A DNA stretch of 32,000 nt from an uncultured Actinomycetes bacterium. GTDB taxonomy: Bacteria; Actinomycetota; Actinomycetes; S36-B12; CAIYMF01. The stretch lies in contig CAWJMG010000001.1 in NCBI GenBank assembly GCA_963843975.1, forward strand, positions 780,001 to 812,000, in the 5' to 3' direction. The notes below the pieces were generated by a model. It saw only the letters and a program-made list of their open reading frames with translations, ran no database searches and was not told the DNA's origin. How positions within the stretch are numbered: position 1 is the first letter of the stretch; every line of letters starts with the position of its first letter. The position numbers and the translations under genes are program-made. Shown in pieces: positions 18,731 through 26,242 of this stretch.

Positions 18731-19828
18731 GTGGCCGGCGACAAGCGCGACGACGTCGATCTCGCACTCCGTGCCGCGATCGCCGCGGTTGCTCCCGGCA
18801 CCGTCCTGCGCGACGGGCTCGAGCGCATCCTGCGCGGCCGCACCGGCGGTCTCGTCGTCCTCGGCCACGACCGCATCATCGAGACGATGGCCTCGGGCGG
18901 CTTCTCCCTCGACATCGAGTTCTCCGCCCAGCGCCTGCGCGAGCTCGCGAAGATGGACGGCGCGGTCATCTGCGACCCCGACGCGACGCGTCTGCTGCGT
19001 GCCGCCGTCCAGCTGCTGCCGGACCCGAGCATCCCCACCGACGAGCAGGGCACCCGCCACCGCACCGCCGACCGCGTGTCCAAGCAGGCCGGCTTCCCCG
19101 TCGTCAGCGTCAGCAAGTCGATGAACACCATCGCGCTGTACGTCGCCGGCCGCCGGCACGTGCTCGAGGACTCCGGCCAGATCCTGTCGCGCGCCAACCA
19201 GGCGCTCGCGACCCTGGAGCGCTACAAGATGCGCCTTGACGAGGTCAGCGGCACGCTCTCGGCGCTCGAGATCGAGGACCTGGTGACGATCCGCGACGTC
19301 TGCGCCGTCGCCCAGCGCCTCGAGATGGTGCGCCGCATCTCGGCCGAGATCTCCGACTACCTCGTCGAGCTCGGCACCGACGGCCGCCTGCTGTCCCTGC
19401 AGCTCATCGAGCTCATCGCCGGCGTCGAGACCGACCGCCAGCTCGTGATCCGTGACTACCTCCCCGCCTCGGCGGGGAAGAAGGCTGCCCGCACTCTCGA
19501 GGCCGCGCTCGACGACCTCGACGCGCTCACCGCCACCGAGATGCTCGACCTCACGACGGTCGCGCGTGCGATCGGCTTCCCGACCGCCCCCGAGGTGCTC
19601 GACCAGGCCGTGAGCCCGCGCGGCTTCCGCCTGCTCGCCCGCGTGCCGCGCCTGCCCGAGGTCGTGCTCGACCGCCTCGTGGACCACTTCGGCGGGCTGC
19701 AGCGCCTGCTGGCCGCGAGCATCGACGACCTGCAGGCCGTCGAGGGCGTCGGCGAGACGCGTGCGCGGTCCATCCGCGAGGGCCTCAGCCGGCTCGCGGA
19801 GTCGAGCATCCTCGAGCGCTACGTCTGA
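18731..19828 (+). CDS. disA: DNA integrity scanning protein DisA (diadenylate cyclase)
   Basis: 365 aa with DAC-domain motifs DGAVI and GTRHRTA and a C-terminal HhH region. GTG start with AGGGGG upstream. Confidence 0.95.
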   Translation: MAGDKRDDVDLALRAAIAAVAPGTVLRDGLERILRGRTGGLVVLGHDRIIETMASGGFSLDIEFSAQRLRELAKMDGAVICDPDATRLLRAAVQLLPDPSIPTDEQGTRHRTADRVSKQAGFPVVSVSKSMNTIALYVAGRRHVLEDSGQILSRANQALATLERYKMRLDEVSGTLSALEIEDLVTIRDVCAVAQRLEMVRRISAEISDYLVELGTDGRLLSLQLIELIAGVETDRQLVIRDYLPASAGKKAARTLEAALDDLDALTATEMLDLTTVARAIGFPTAPEVLDQAVSPRGFRLLARVPRLPEVVLDRLVDHFGGLQRLLAASIDDLQAVEGVGETRARSIREGLSRLAESSILERYV

Positions 19829-19840
19829 CCCGACGCCGTA

Positions 19841-19858
19841 CGCCGCACCGTCGCGGCG
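19841..19858. terminator. Weak hairpin between convergent genes
   Basis: cgccgc-accgtc-gcggcg: 6-bp stem and 6-nt loop, between the disA stop and the stop at 19864. Confidence 0.25.
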
Positions 19859-19863
19859 AACGC

Positions 19864-20421
19864 TCAGGCGGTGACCGGGTGGTCGTCCGGGGCTGGCACC
19901 TGGCCCCAGGCGACGTCGCGGATGCCGAGCAGACTCTCCACCACGCCGCGGCGGTCAGCCGCCGCCAGCGACGACACGAGGGCCAGCAGCACGAGCCCTA
20001 CGCCGAGCGCGAGGCCGAGGCCGTCGTGCCGGATCGAGAGGCAGGCCAGGAGCACCAGGGCCAGGAGCGCCGGCCGCGCAGCGCGGCGCGGCCAGGCCGC
20101 CACCTCGCCCGAGCCGTCGAGCACGCGCAGCTCGGCCCAGGCCCACACGAGCCCGCTGCCGCCGCCCGCGGTGGCCATCACGGTGCCCATGAGCACGGAC
20201 AGTCCGAGGCAGACCCAGGACGCCCACGAGTCCCACTGGACTCCGAGCGGGTTGGACGGGTCCGGCCGCATCCCGACCGGTGCGATGACCAGCATCGACA
20301 CGACGAGCGTGCCGACGAACACGAGCGCGAAGACCGCGGCGGAGGCCGCCCACGCGAACGCGATGGCGCCGCGAGACGGGACGACGATGCCGACGACGGT
20401 GTGACCGGACGTGCCAGCCAT
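19864..20421 (-). CDS. Hypothetical polytopic membrane protein (about 4 TM; weak RDD-family resemblance)
   Basis: Preferred start ATG 20421 (MAGTSGHTVVGIVV...) with GGGGGAA upstream. Four hydrophobic segments. The C-terminus ...AADRRGVVESLLGIRDV recalls RDD proteins. Confidence 0.6.
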   Translation of the reverse strand: MAGTSGHTVVGIVVPSRGAIAFAWAASAAVFALVFVGTLVVSMLVIAPVGMRPDPSNPLGVQWDSWASWVCLGLSVLMGTVMATAGGGSGLVWAWAELRVLDGSGEVAAWPRRAARPALLALVLLACLSIRHDGLGLALGVGLVLLALVSSLAAADRRGVVESLLGIRDVAWGQVPAPDDHPVTA

Positions 20422-20500
20422 GATGGTTCCCCCTAGCCCGGGCCGCACGGCCCACATGCCGAGGATGCCCTCACGAGGGCTGTCCCGGAGGCCTTTCGGC

Positions 20501-21118
20501 TCAGGACTCGCGGCCGAGCACCGGCTCGCCGAGCCGCGGCTCGTCCCGGCGCAGGGCCTCGGCGCCGATGGAACGGGCATCGGGCAGCGCCACCACGACG
20601 ACCGGGTCTCCTCCGCCGACGGGCCGCACGACGCCACGTGTCCAGGACGGCAGCGTGTCAGGAACGTCCTCGGTCTCGGGCACCAGTTCGCCCGCGGCCG
20701 TCACGGTCACGACGCGATCGACCACGAGGCCGGCGTCGCGCCGGTACACCGGCAGCAGCACGTCGCCCGGACGCGTCCTGTCGGTGCGGAGGTCCACGAC
20801 GGGCACGGAGCGGCCGCGTACGTCGACCAGGGCCACCACGAGGCCGTAGCCCGCGCGCTCGTGGTCGGGCAGCAGCGTGAGCTGCGGCGCCCGCGTGATC
20901 TCGCGGACGTCGCCCACCGCCACGGCGAACGTGGTGCCGCCGACCGTGAACAGCACGTGCCCGCCGTCCTCGCTGACCGGCGTCACCGGCGCCTCGGGAG
21001 CCGCAGTCGCAGGAGCGGGAGCAGCGGGAGACGCGGTCTCGTCGGTCGCCGGTGCAGCGGGGGCCGGCCGTCGGGACGGCGACGGTGCGGGCGCGGCGGT
21101 GAACAGGGACACGGTCAT
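20501..21118 (-). CDS. cheW: CheW-like coupling protein with an Ala/Pro-rich N-terminal extension
   Basis: ATG 21118 overlaps the cheR stop (ATGA), with GAGGAGGG upstream. CheW-domain pattern: HVLFTVGGTTFAVAVGDVREI...LVDVRGRSVPVVDLR...AGLVVDRV. Confidence 0.8.
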   Translation of the reverse strand: MTVSLFTAAPAPSPSRRPAPAAPATDETASPAAPAPATAAPEAPVTPVSEDGGHVLFTVGGTTFAVAVGDVREITRAPQLTLLPDHERAGYGLVVALVDVRGRSVPVVDLRTDRTRPGDVLLPVYRRDAGLVVDRVVTVTAAGELVPETEDVPDTLPSWTRGVVRPVGGGDPVVVVALPDARSIGAEALRRDEPRLGEPVLGRES

Positions 21119-22515
21119 CCCTCCTCGGCGACCCGCCGGTCGCACTCGTCGGCGAGCCGGCGGCACAGGGTCACGAGCTGGGCGACGTCGCACCCGTCGA
21201 GCAGGTCGGCGAGGTCGGACTCCGGCGTCCCCGGGAGGGCGACGGCGGCAGCGCGGTACTCGCGCGCGGCGGCGGCGTGCTCGCCGCAGCGCGACAGCGC
21301 ACCGGCGAGGGCGAAGCGGGCGTGCCCGAGCTCGGGCGAGAGGTAGACGGCCTTGCGCAGCGCGACCAGCGATCCGGCGTCGTCACCCACGGTCGCGCGG
21401 GCACGGCCCTCGACCAGGTACGCGTCGACCTCGAACGGGCTGGCCGTGGCGGCCGACGCGGCCAGTCGCGCGGCCTCGCCGTACCTCGCCTGCTCCATCG
21501 CCTCGCGGGCGAGGCGCAGCAGGTCGGTGGCGAGATCGGGGTCGGGAACGTGGTCGGCGTCGTCGCGCGTGTGCGGGCGCGGGGGTGCGACGCGAGGCGG
21601 CGGCAACGGTCGGCGCGGGCGCGGCTCCGGCACCGGCTCGGGCTCCGGCACGCGGACGACGGGCACGTCCTTGCGGTAGGCGAATGCGTCGCCGAGGGTC
21701 ACGAGCGTGAACGAGTCGGTCACCTGCCAGAGCGTCTCGGCATGGCCGAGCACGAGGTAGCCGCCTGCACCGAGGACGCCGTGGAAGCGGCCCACGAGGT
21801 CGCGGGTGGTGTCGCGCGCGAAGTAGATGGTGACGTTGCGGCACACCACGAGGTCGACCTCGCCGTGCTCGAACGGAGGCGGGTCGGTGACGAGGTTGTG
21901 CAGCCGTACGTCGACGAGCCGGCGCGCCTCGGGGCTCACCTCGTACGTGCCGCCGACGCCGGGGGTGAAGAAGCGCGCGAGCCGCTCGGGCTCGGTGAGC
22001 GACAGCGACCGGCCGGAGTAGCGGCCGCGCAGCGTCAGGCTCACGGCCGACGACGACAGGTCGGTCGCGAGGATGCGGATCTCCGGTGATTCGGGCAGCG
22101 TCTCGGCCACCTCGAGAGCGAGCATCGCGAGGGAGTACGGCTCCTCGCCGCTCGAGCAGCCGGCGCTCCAGATCGTCAGGGCGCGGCCGCGTGCCACCGC
22201 CCGGCGCATGAGCTCGGGCAGCAGGCGGTGCCGCAGCGCGTGCATCTGCGGCGGGTTCCGGAAGAAGTGCGTCTCGGGGATGGTCACCTCGTCGAGCAGC
22301 CGCTGCCGCTCGTCGGCGCCCGACGGCGCGCTGATCCGAGCGAGGTAGGCGCCGAGGTCGGCAGCCCCCGTGGCGGCGATGCGGTCCGCGACGATCCCGG
22401 CCAGCGCGGGACGGCGGCTGCGGTCGAACACGAGACCGGCGGTGCGCGCGAGGAACTCCGCGAGGGCGAGGTGCTCGGAGTCGGTGAGCTCGCGGCTGAG
22501 GGCGACGGAGGTCAT
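21115..22515 (-). CDS. cheR: CheR-type protein-glutamate O-methyltransferase fused to a C-terminal TPR-like domain
   Basis: 466 aa: THFFRNP, IWSAGCSSGEEPYSLAM, ATDLS, VVCRNVTIYF. A Pro-rich linker (PEPEPVPEPRPRRPLPPP) is followed by about 150 aa of helical Ala/Leu/Arg repeats. Confidence 0.9.
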   Translation of the reverse strand: MTSVALSRELTDSEHLALAEFLARTAGLVFDRSRRPALAGIVADRIAATGAADLGAYLARISAPSGADERQRLLDEVTIPETHFFRNPPQMHALRHRLLPELMRRAVARGRALTIWSAGCSSGEEPYSLAMLALEVAETLPESPEIRILATDLSSSAVSLTLRGRYSGRSLSLTEPERLARFFTPGVGGTYEVSPEARRLVDVRLHNLVTDPPPFEHGEVDLVVCRNVTIYFARDTTRDLVGRFHGVLGAGGYLVLGHAETLWQVTDSFTLVTLGDAFAYRKDVPVVRVPEPEPVPEPRPRRPLPPPRVAPPRPHTRDDADHVPDPDLATDLLRLAREAMEQARYGEAARLAASAATASPFEVDAYLVEGRARATVGDDAGSLVALRKAVYLSPELGHARFALAGALSRCGEHAAAAREYRAAAVALPGTPESDLADLLDGCDVAQLVTLCRRLADECDRRVAEEG

Positions 22516-22516
22516 C

Positions 22517-23605
22517 TCACACCGCCTCGGGCACGGCGAGGCGGGCGACGGCGTCGATCACGGACGCAGCGATCTGGGGCAGCGGCAGCTCGACGGTGGC
22601 GGCCTCGAGCGCGATGGCGGCGGCCGGCATCCCCCAGACCGCGCTGCTGTCCTCGTCCTGCGCGATGGTGAAGGCACCGGCCCGGCGCATGGCGAGCAGT
22701 CCGGCCGCACCATCGCGGCCCATCCCCGTGAGCAGCACCCCGACGGCGCGCTCGCGGCAGACCTCGGCGACCGACCGGAAGGTGCGGTCGACCTCTGGTA
22801 CGTGGAGCTGGGCCGGGCGCGACGGCTCGACGCGCAGGCGGAGCGCGTTCTCGACGACGAGGTTGCCGTCGCTGGGGGCGACGACGACGTGCCCCGGACG
22901 CAGCCGGTCGCCCGACAGCGCGACGGACACAGGGAGGTCGACGACGCCGTCGAGCCAGCCGGCGAGGCCCTCGACGAAGCCCTCGGCCATGTGCTGCACG
23001 ACGACGATGGGCGCGGGAAGGTCCGGGGGCAGTGCGCCGAGGAGCGCGGCGAGCGCGGGCGGTCCGCCCGTGGACGCACCGATCACGACGACCGGCGTAC
23101 GACGGGACCCGGTGTGGTCGACGGGCCGCGGCGCCACGCCGTCCGCGGCGAGGCCGCGCTCGCGCAGCTTGCCGCGCGGGTGGGTGATGACGCGGACGCG
23201 GCTCGCGACGCTGAGGTGGCGGCCGAGCGCGCGGGAGAACGGGCCCGGCCCGAGCTGCTCGGAGGTCGGCGCGACGACGTCGACAGCGCCGGCCGCGAGC
23301 GCCACGTCGGCCTGCTGGGAGGCGGCGCCGGTGAGCACGATGGGGGTGGGGCAGCGGGCCATCACGCGCTCGACGACCTCGAGGCCGCCGACGCCCAGGG
23401 CGAGGTCGAGGAGCACCGTGTCCGGCGACAGCGTTCCGACCAGGACGACGGCGTCCTCGGCGGTCTTGGCCGCGCCGACGACCTCCACGCCCGTGAGCTG
23501 CAGGAGGTGGGTGAGGCGCGCGAGGCGCACGTGGGTGCCCGCCACGACGACGGTCGAGACCCGGCGCTCCAGGGCCCCGGGCGCGCCGGTGTCGGACGCG
23601 GTCAT
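22517..23605 (-). CDS. cheB: CheB-type protein-glutamate methylesterase with a degenerate receiver domain
   Basis: Catalytic motifs are intact: IGASTGGP (Ser), VVVQHM (His), LTGMGRDGA (Asp). ATG 23605 is preferred (GGGAGGGGG upstream); the track ORF extends to 23680. The stop is 1 nt before the cheR ATG. Confidence 0.9.
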   Translation of the reverse strand: MTASDTGAPGALERRVSTVVVAGTHVRLARLTHLLQLTGVEVVGAAKTAEDAVVLVGTLSPDTVLLDLALGVGGLEVVERVMARCPTPIVLTGAASQQADVALAAGAVDVVAPTSEQLGPGPFSRALGRHLSVASRVRVITHPRGKLRERGLAADGVAPRPVDHTGSRRTPVVVIGASTGGPPALAALLGALPPDLPAPIVVVQHMAEGFVEGLAGWLDGVVDLPVSVALSGDRLRPGHVVVAPSDGNLVVENALRLRVEPSRPAQLHVPEVDRTFRSVAEVCRERAVGVLLTGMGRDGAAGLLAMRRAGAFTIAQDEDSSAVWGMPAAAIALEAATVELPLPQIAASVIDAVARLAVPEAV

Positions 23606-23723
23606 CGACACGCGACCCCCTCCCGGCTCCGTGGTGGCAGCGCAGGCCCTCGGCCTGACGCCTTCTCTCCCGGGAGGCATCGTCAGGAAGCGGCGGGTCC
23701 TTGACCCGTTCGGGGGAACGAGA

Positions 23724-23978
23724 TCAGGCGGCGGAGCGGCGCACGTGGGCGCCCAGGGCCGCGCTGCACGAGCGGTAGGACAGCGCGGAGAAGCTCGATC
23801 CGGCCGACAGGATCGAGCACAGGCTGAGCACGGAGCCGATGGAGCCGACGGACAGCGCCGACCCGATCGACCCGATCGAGAGCACCGACCCGGTCGAGGC
23901 GATCGACAGCACGGATCCGGTGGAGGCGATCGACAGGAACGACCGCTCCGAGCGCCAGGACCTGCTGCTGTGCGCCAT
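23724..23978 (-). CDS. Candidate 84-aa serine-periodic (Sxx)n repeat protein
   Basis: MAHSSRSWRSERSFLSIASTGSVLSIASTGSVLSIGSIGSALSVGSIGSVLSLCSILSAGSSFSALSYRSCSAALGAHVRRSAA. 82 of 84 codons end in G/C. The ATG is 5 nt after the upstream stop and the ORF fills the gap to cheB. The first two 27-nt units differ only at 4 synonymous third positions. An antisense frame sharing the third position is also open, hence the moderate confidence. Confidence 0.45.
   Translation of the reverse strand: MAHSSRSWRSERSFLSIASTGSVLSIASTGSVLSIGSIGSALSVGSIGSVLSLCSILSAGSSFSALSYRSCSAALGAHVRRSAA
23763..23969 (-). repeat. 9-nt (TCN-NNN-NNN) periodicity containing degenerate 27-nt tandem units
   Basis: There are 23 consecutive triplet groups starting with a Ser codon. 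Four clear 27-nt units span 23826-23933, and CGATCG recurs at 9- and 27-nt spacing. Confidence 0.8.
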
Positions 23979-23983
23979 GGGCG

Positions 23984-24628
23984 TCAGGCCGCCGCGGTCA
24001 GCGCGAAGACCGACGCGTCGGAGGTGATCGCGCCGTTGCGCCCCACGAGCTTGTAGGTGCCCGCCTCGGCGATCGGCTGGTTGGCAGGGCAGCCCTTCTG
24101 GGACAGACGCCCGAGCCACGTGACGCCGACGGAGTAGCTCTCGCCCGGACCGAGCACGACGACGGACGACGACCCGCCCTCGTTGCAGTCGTCCGACGAC
24201 CAGACCTGCGTGGAGCCCGAGGAGATGATCAGCTCGTTGGCCTTGGCCCCGACGTCGCGCTTGCACGCGGACTTCGAGGTGTTCTGGATCCGCATCCGCA
24301 GCTTCGGGGTGGCACCGACCTGGTACGACGCGGCATCGGTCGACGCCGTCACCTGGATCTGGGAGTCCTTGCAGGCCCCCGTGCCGGACGACGTGCTCGC
24401 CGAGGGCTTGGCCGTGGGCGACGCGGAGGGCTTGTCGGTGGCGCTCTCTGTCGGTGCCGGAGTGGTGCTCTGGTCGGGCGTCGGGGTGGCGGTCGAGCTG
24501 CCCCCGCCGCTGAAAAACAGCGCGCGGATACCCAGCACGAGGGCGACCACGACGGCCAGGACGAGGAGTCGGCGTACCCAGTAGACGCCGGACCCCTTCG
24601 GACCCACCGGCTGCAGCAGCGTGCTCAC
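23984..24628 (-). CDS. Conserved membrane-anchored protein with an STP linker and a Cys-containing C-terminal domain (Rv3587c-like position)
   Basis: C-terminal part of track ORF 23984..25150, with a GTG 24628 start (VSTLLQPVGPKGSGVYWVRRLLVLAVVVALVLG...). It is divergent from mutY, as Rv3587c is in M. tuberculosis. Confidence 0.7.
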   Translation of the reverse strand: MSTLLQPVGPKGSGVYWVRRLLVLAVVVALVLGIRALFFSGGGSSTATPTPDQSTTPAPTESATDKPSASPTAKPSASTSSGTGACKDSQIQVTASTDAASYQVGATPKLRMRIQNTSKSACKRDVGAKANELIISSGSTQVWSSDDCNEGGSSSVVVLGPGESYSVGVTWLGRLSQKGCPANQPIAEAGTYKLVGRNGAITSDASVFALTAAA

Positions 24629-24688
24629 GGGGGCGACGCTACCGGGCCCGACCTCCCGCGCGCCGGACGGTGCGAGGATGCGCAGGTC

Positions 24689-25585
24689 ATGCCGTCCTCG
24701 CACCTGCACGCTCCGTTGCTGGCCTGGTACTCCGCGTCCGCACGCGACCTGCCGTGGCGCGCCCCCGACCGCACCCCGTGGGGCGTCCTCGTGAGCGAGG
24801 TGATGCTCCAGCAGACCCCGGTCGACCGCGTGCTGCCGGTGTGGCAGGCGTGGATGGCGCAGTGGCCGACGCCCGCCGCCCTCGCGGCCGAGACGCCGGG
24901 CGAGGTCGTGCGGGCGTGGGGCCGGCTCGGCTATCCGCGCCGTGCTCTGCGGCTGCACGAGGCCGCCAACGACATCGTGCTGCGGTTCGGCGGGCTCGTG
25001 CCCGACGACCCGGACCAGCTGCGCTCGCTCCCCGGGGTCGGCGACTACACCGCGGCGGCGCTGGCGTCGTTCGCCTTCGGGCGGCGGGCGGTCGTGCTCG
25101 ACACCAACGTGCGGCGGGTGCTCGCCCGGCTGCTCACGGGCGCCGAGCACCCGCGGCCGACCATCAACGCGGCCGAGCGGGCGCTCGCGGCGTCCGTGCT
25201 GCCCGACCTCGACGGCGAGGCCGCGCTCTGGTCGGTGGCGGTCATGGAGCTCGGCGCGCTCGTGTGCACGTCGTCGTCGCCGCGCTGCGACGCGTGCCCG
25301 GTGGCGGCATCGTGCACCTGGGTCGCGCTCGGCCGGCCGCCGTACGACGGGCCCGAGCGCACGGTGCAGAAGTTCGCCGGGACCGACCGGCAGGTGCGCG
25401 GCCGGATCATGGCGGTGCTGCGCGAGGCTCCGGGCGCGGTCGACAAGGTGCTGCTCGACGCCGTCTGGGACGACGCCGTGCAGCGCGAGCGTGCGCTCGA
25501 CGGCCTCGTGGCAGACGGGCTCGTCGAAGTGCTCGACGCCGGCCGCTACCGCCTGCCCGGCGTCGGTGGAACGATCGACGCATGA
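24689..25585 (+). CDS. mutY: A/G-specific adenine glycosylase MutY
   Basis: 298 aa: W..VSE.MLQQT, the HhH-GPD motif LPGVGDYTAAA and the Fe-S cluster cysteines C..SSPRCDACP....C. Confidence 0.9.
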   Translation: MPSSHLHAPLLAWYSASARDLPWRAPDRTPWGVLVSEVMLQQTPVDRVLPVWQAWMAQWPTPAALAAETPGEVVRAWGRLGYPRRALRLHEAANDIVLRFGGLVPDDPDQLRSLPGVGDYTAAALASFAFGRRAVVLDTNVRRVLARLLTGAEHPRPTINAAERALAASVLPDLDGEAALWSVAVMELGALVCTSSSPRCDACPVAASCTWVALGRPPYDGPERTVQKFAGTDRQVRGRIMAVLREAPGAVDKVLLDAVWDDAVQRERALDGLVADGLVEVLDAGRYRLPGVGGTIDA

Positions 25586-26056
25586 TCGAGAGCATCGGCG
25601 TCGAGACCCTGTCCGCCCAGAGCGTGGCCGTCGTGCGCGGGAAGGCGCAGGGCCACGAGATCGGCGACTTCGTGGGGGCGGCGTACGGCGAGGTCGTAGC
25701 CGTGCTGGGCGCCCAGGAGGCCGGCCCCACCGGCCCGCCGATCATCATCTACGCGCTCGGCGCCGAGGGCATGGACGAGTCCGGGCACGCGATGGTCTTC
25801 AGCCTTGCCGCCGGATTCCCTTGTGCCGCAACGTTCACCGCCAGCGGCCGGGTCGAGGCGGCGACACTGCCGGCCGGCGACGCCGTCGTGGCCGTCCACG
25901 TCGGCGCGTGGCCGGAGGCTCGGCGAGGCGTACGCCGCAGTCGAGGCGTACTTCGCCGAGCACGGGCTCTCGCGTGCCGGCGACCCATGGGAGACCTACC
26001 TCGACGGCCCTGACGCGGACCCGCACCGCACGATCCTCACCGCCCCCTGCCGCTGA
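25582..26056 (+). pseudogene. GyrI-like small-molecule-binding domain protein, reading frame broken by +1 at 25911-25922
   Basis: The ATG overlaps the mutY stop (ATGA). MIESIGVETLSAQSVAVVRG...AVHVGAWPE is in one frame. The family-typical C-terminus LGEAYAAVEAYFAEHGLSRAGDPWETYLDGP is in the +1 frame (track ORF 25805..26056). Confidence 0.7.
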
Positions 26057-26131
26057 GCGGGCGGCGGATGCTGGCACCACGTCCGGACGTCGAGGCGGGC
26101 TCCGCCCTGCCTCCGGGCGGGTTTCTCTGCC

Positions 26132-26154
26132 CTCCGCCCGGGGGGAGGGCGGAG
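26132..26154 (+). terminator. Candidate hairpin downstream of the GyrI-like gene
   Basis: ctccgccc-ggggggа-like loop-gggcggag: 8-bp GC stem and 7-nt loop, 76 nt after the stop. Confidence 0.3.
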
Positions 26155-26242
26155 ACCGCCGTACCGTGGCTGCAGAGGGCCGGTGCGTTGCGCTGACAGC
26201 ACCTAGGCTGCCGGAGAAGCCCGTGCACACCTGGGAGTCCCC

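Noticed and set aside
20422-20500. Near-palindromes (gggccgcacggccc, gccctcacgagggc) between cheW and the 4-TM gene as a possible terminator or attenuator.
   Set aside because: The loops would be only 2 nt, so the hairpins are sterically implausible. They may be protein-binding palindromes, but there is no evidence for that.
23839-24027. Plus-strand acidic repeat ORF (MEPTDSADPIDPIESTDPVEAIDSTDPVEAIDRNDRSERQD...), antisense to the Sxx ORF.
   Set aside because: It shares third codon positions with the minus-strand ORF, so GC3 cannot discriminate between them. Its ATG cuts off part of the periodic region. Its RBS spacing is poor. Its 3' end runs 44 nt into the convergent gene as Arg/Pro-rich sequence. 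One of the four inter-repeat differences is non-synonymous in this frame, against none in the minus frame. It is kept only as an alternative.
2934-25922. Programmed +1 ribosomal frameshifting as the primary explanation for the four frame breaks.
   Set aside because: There is no slippery P-site codon that re-pairs in the +1 frame. The SD-like GGAGG overlaps the P-site rather than lying upstream of it. The four genes are functionally unrelated. Single-base duplications inside a short hexamer are what assembly errors look like. It is retained only as a low-prior alternative in the finding.
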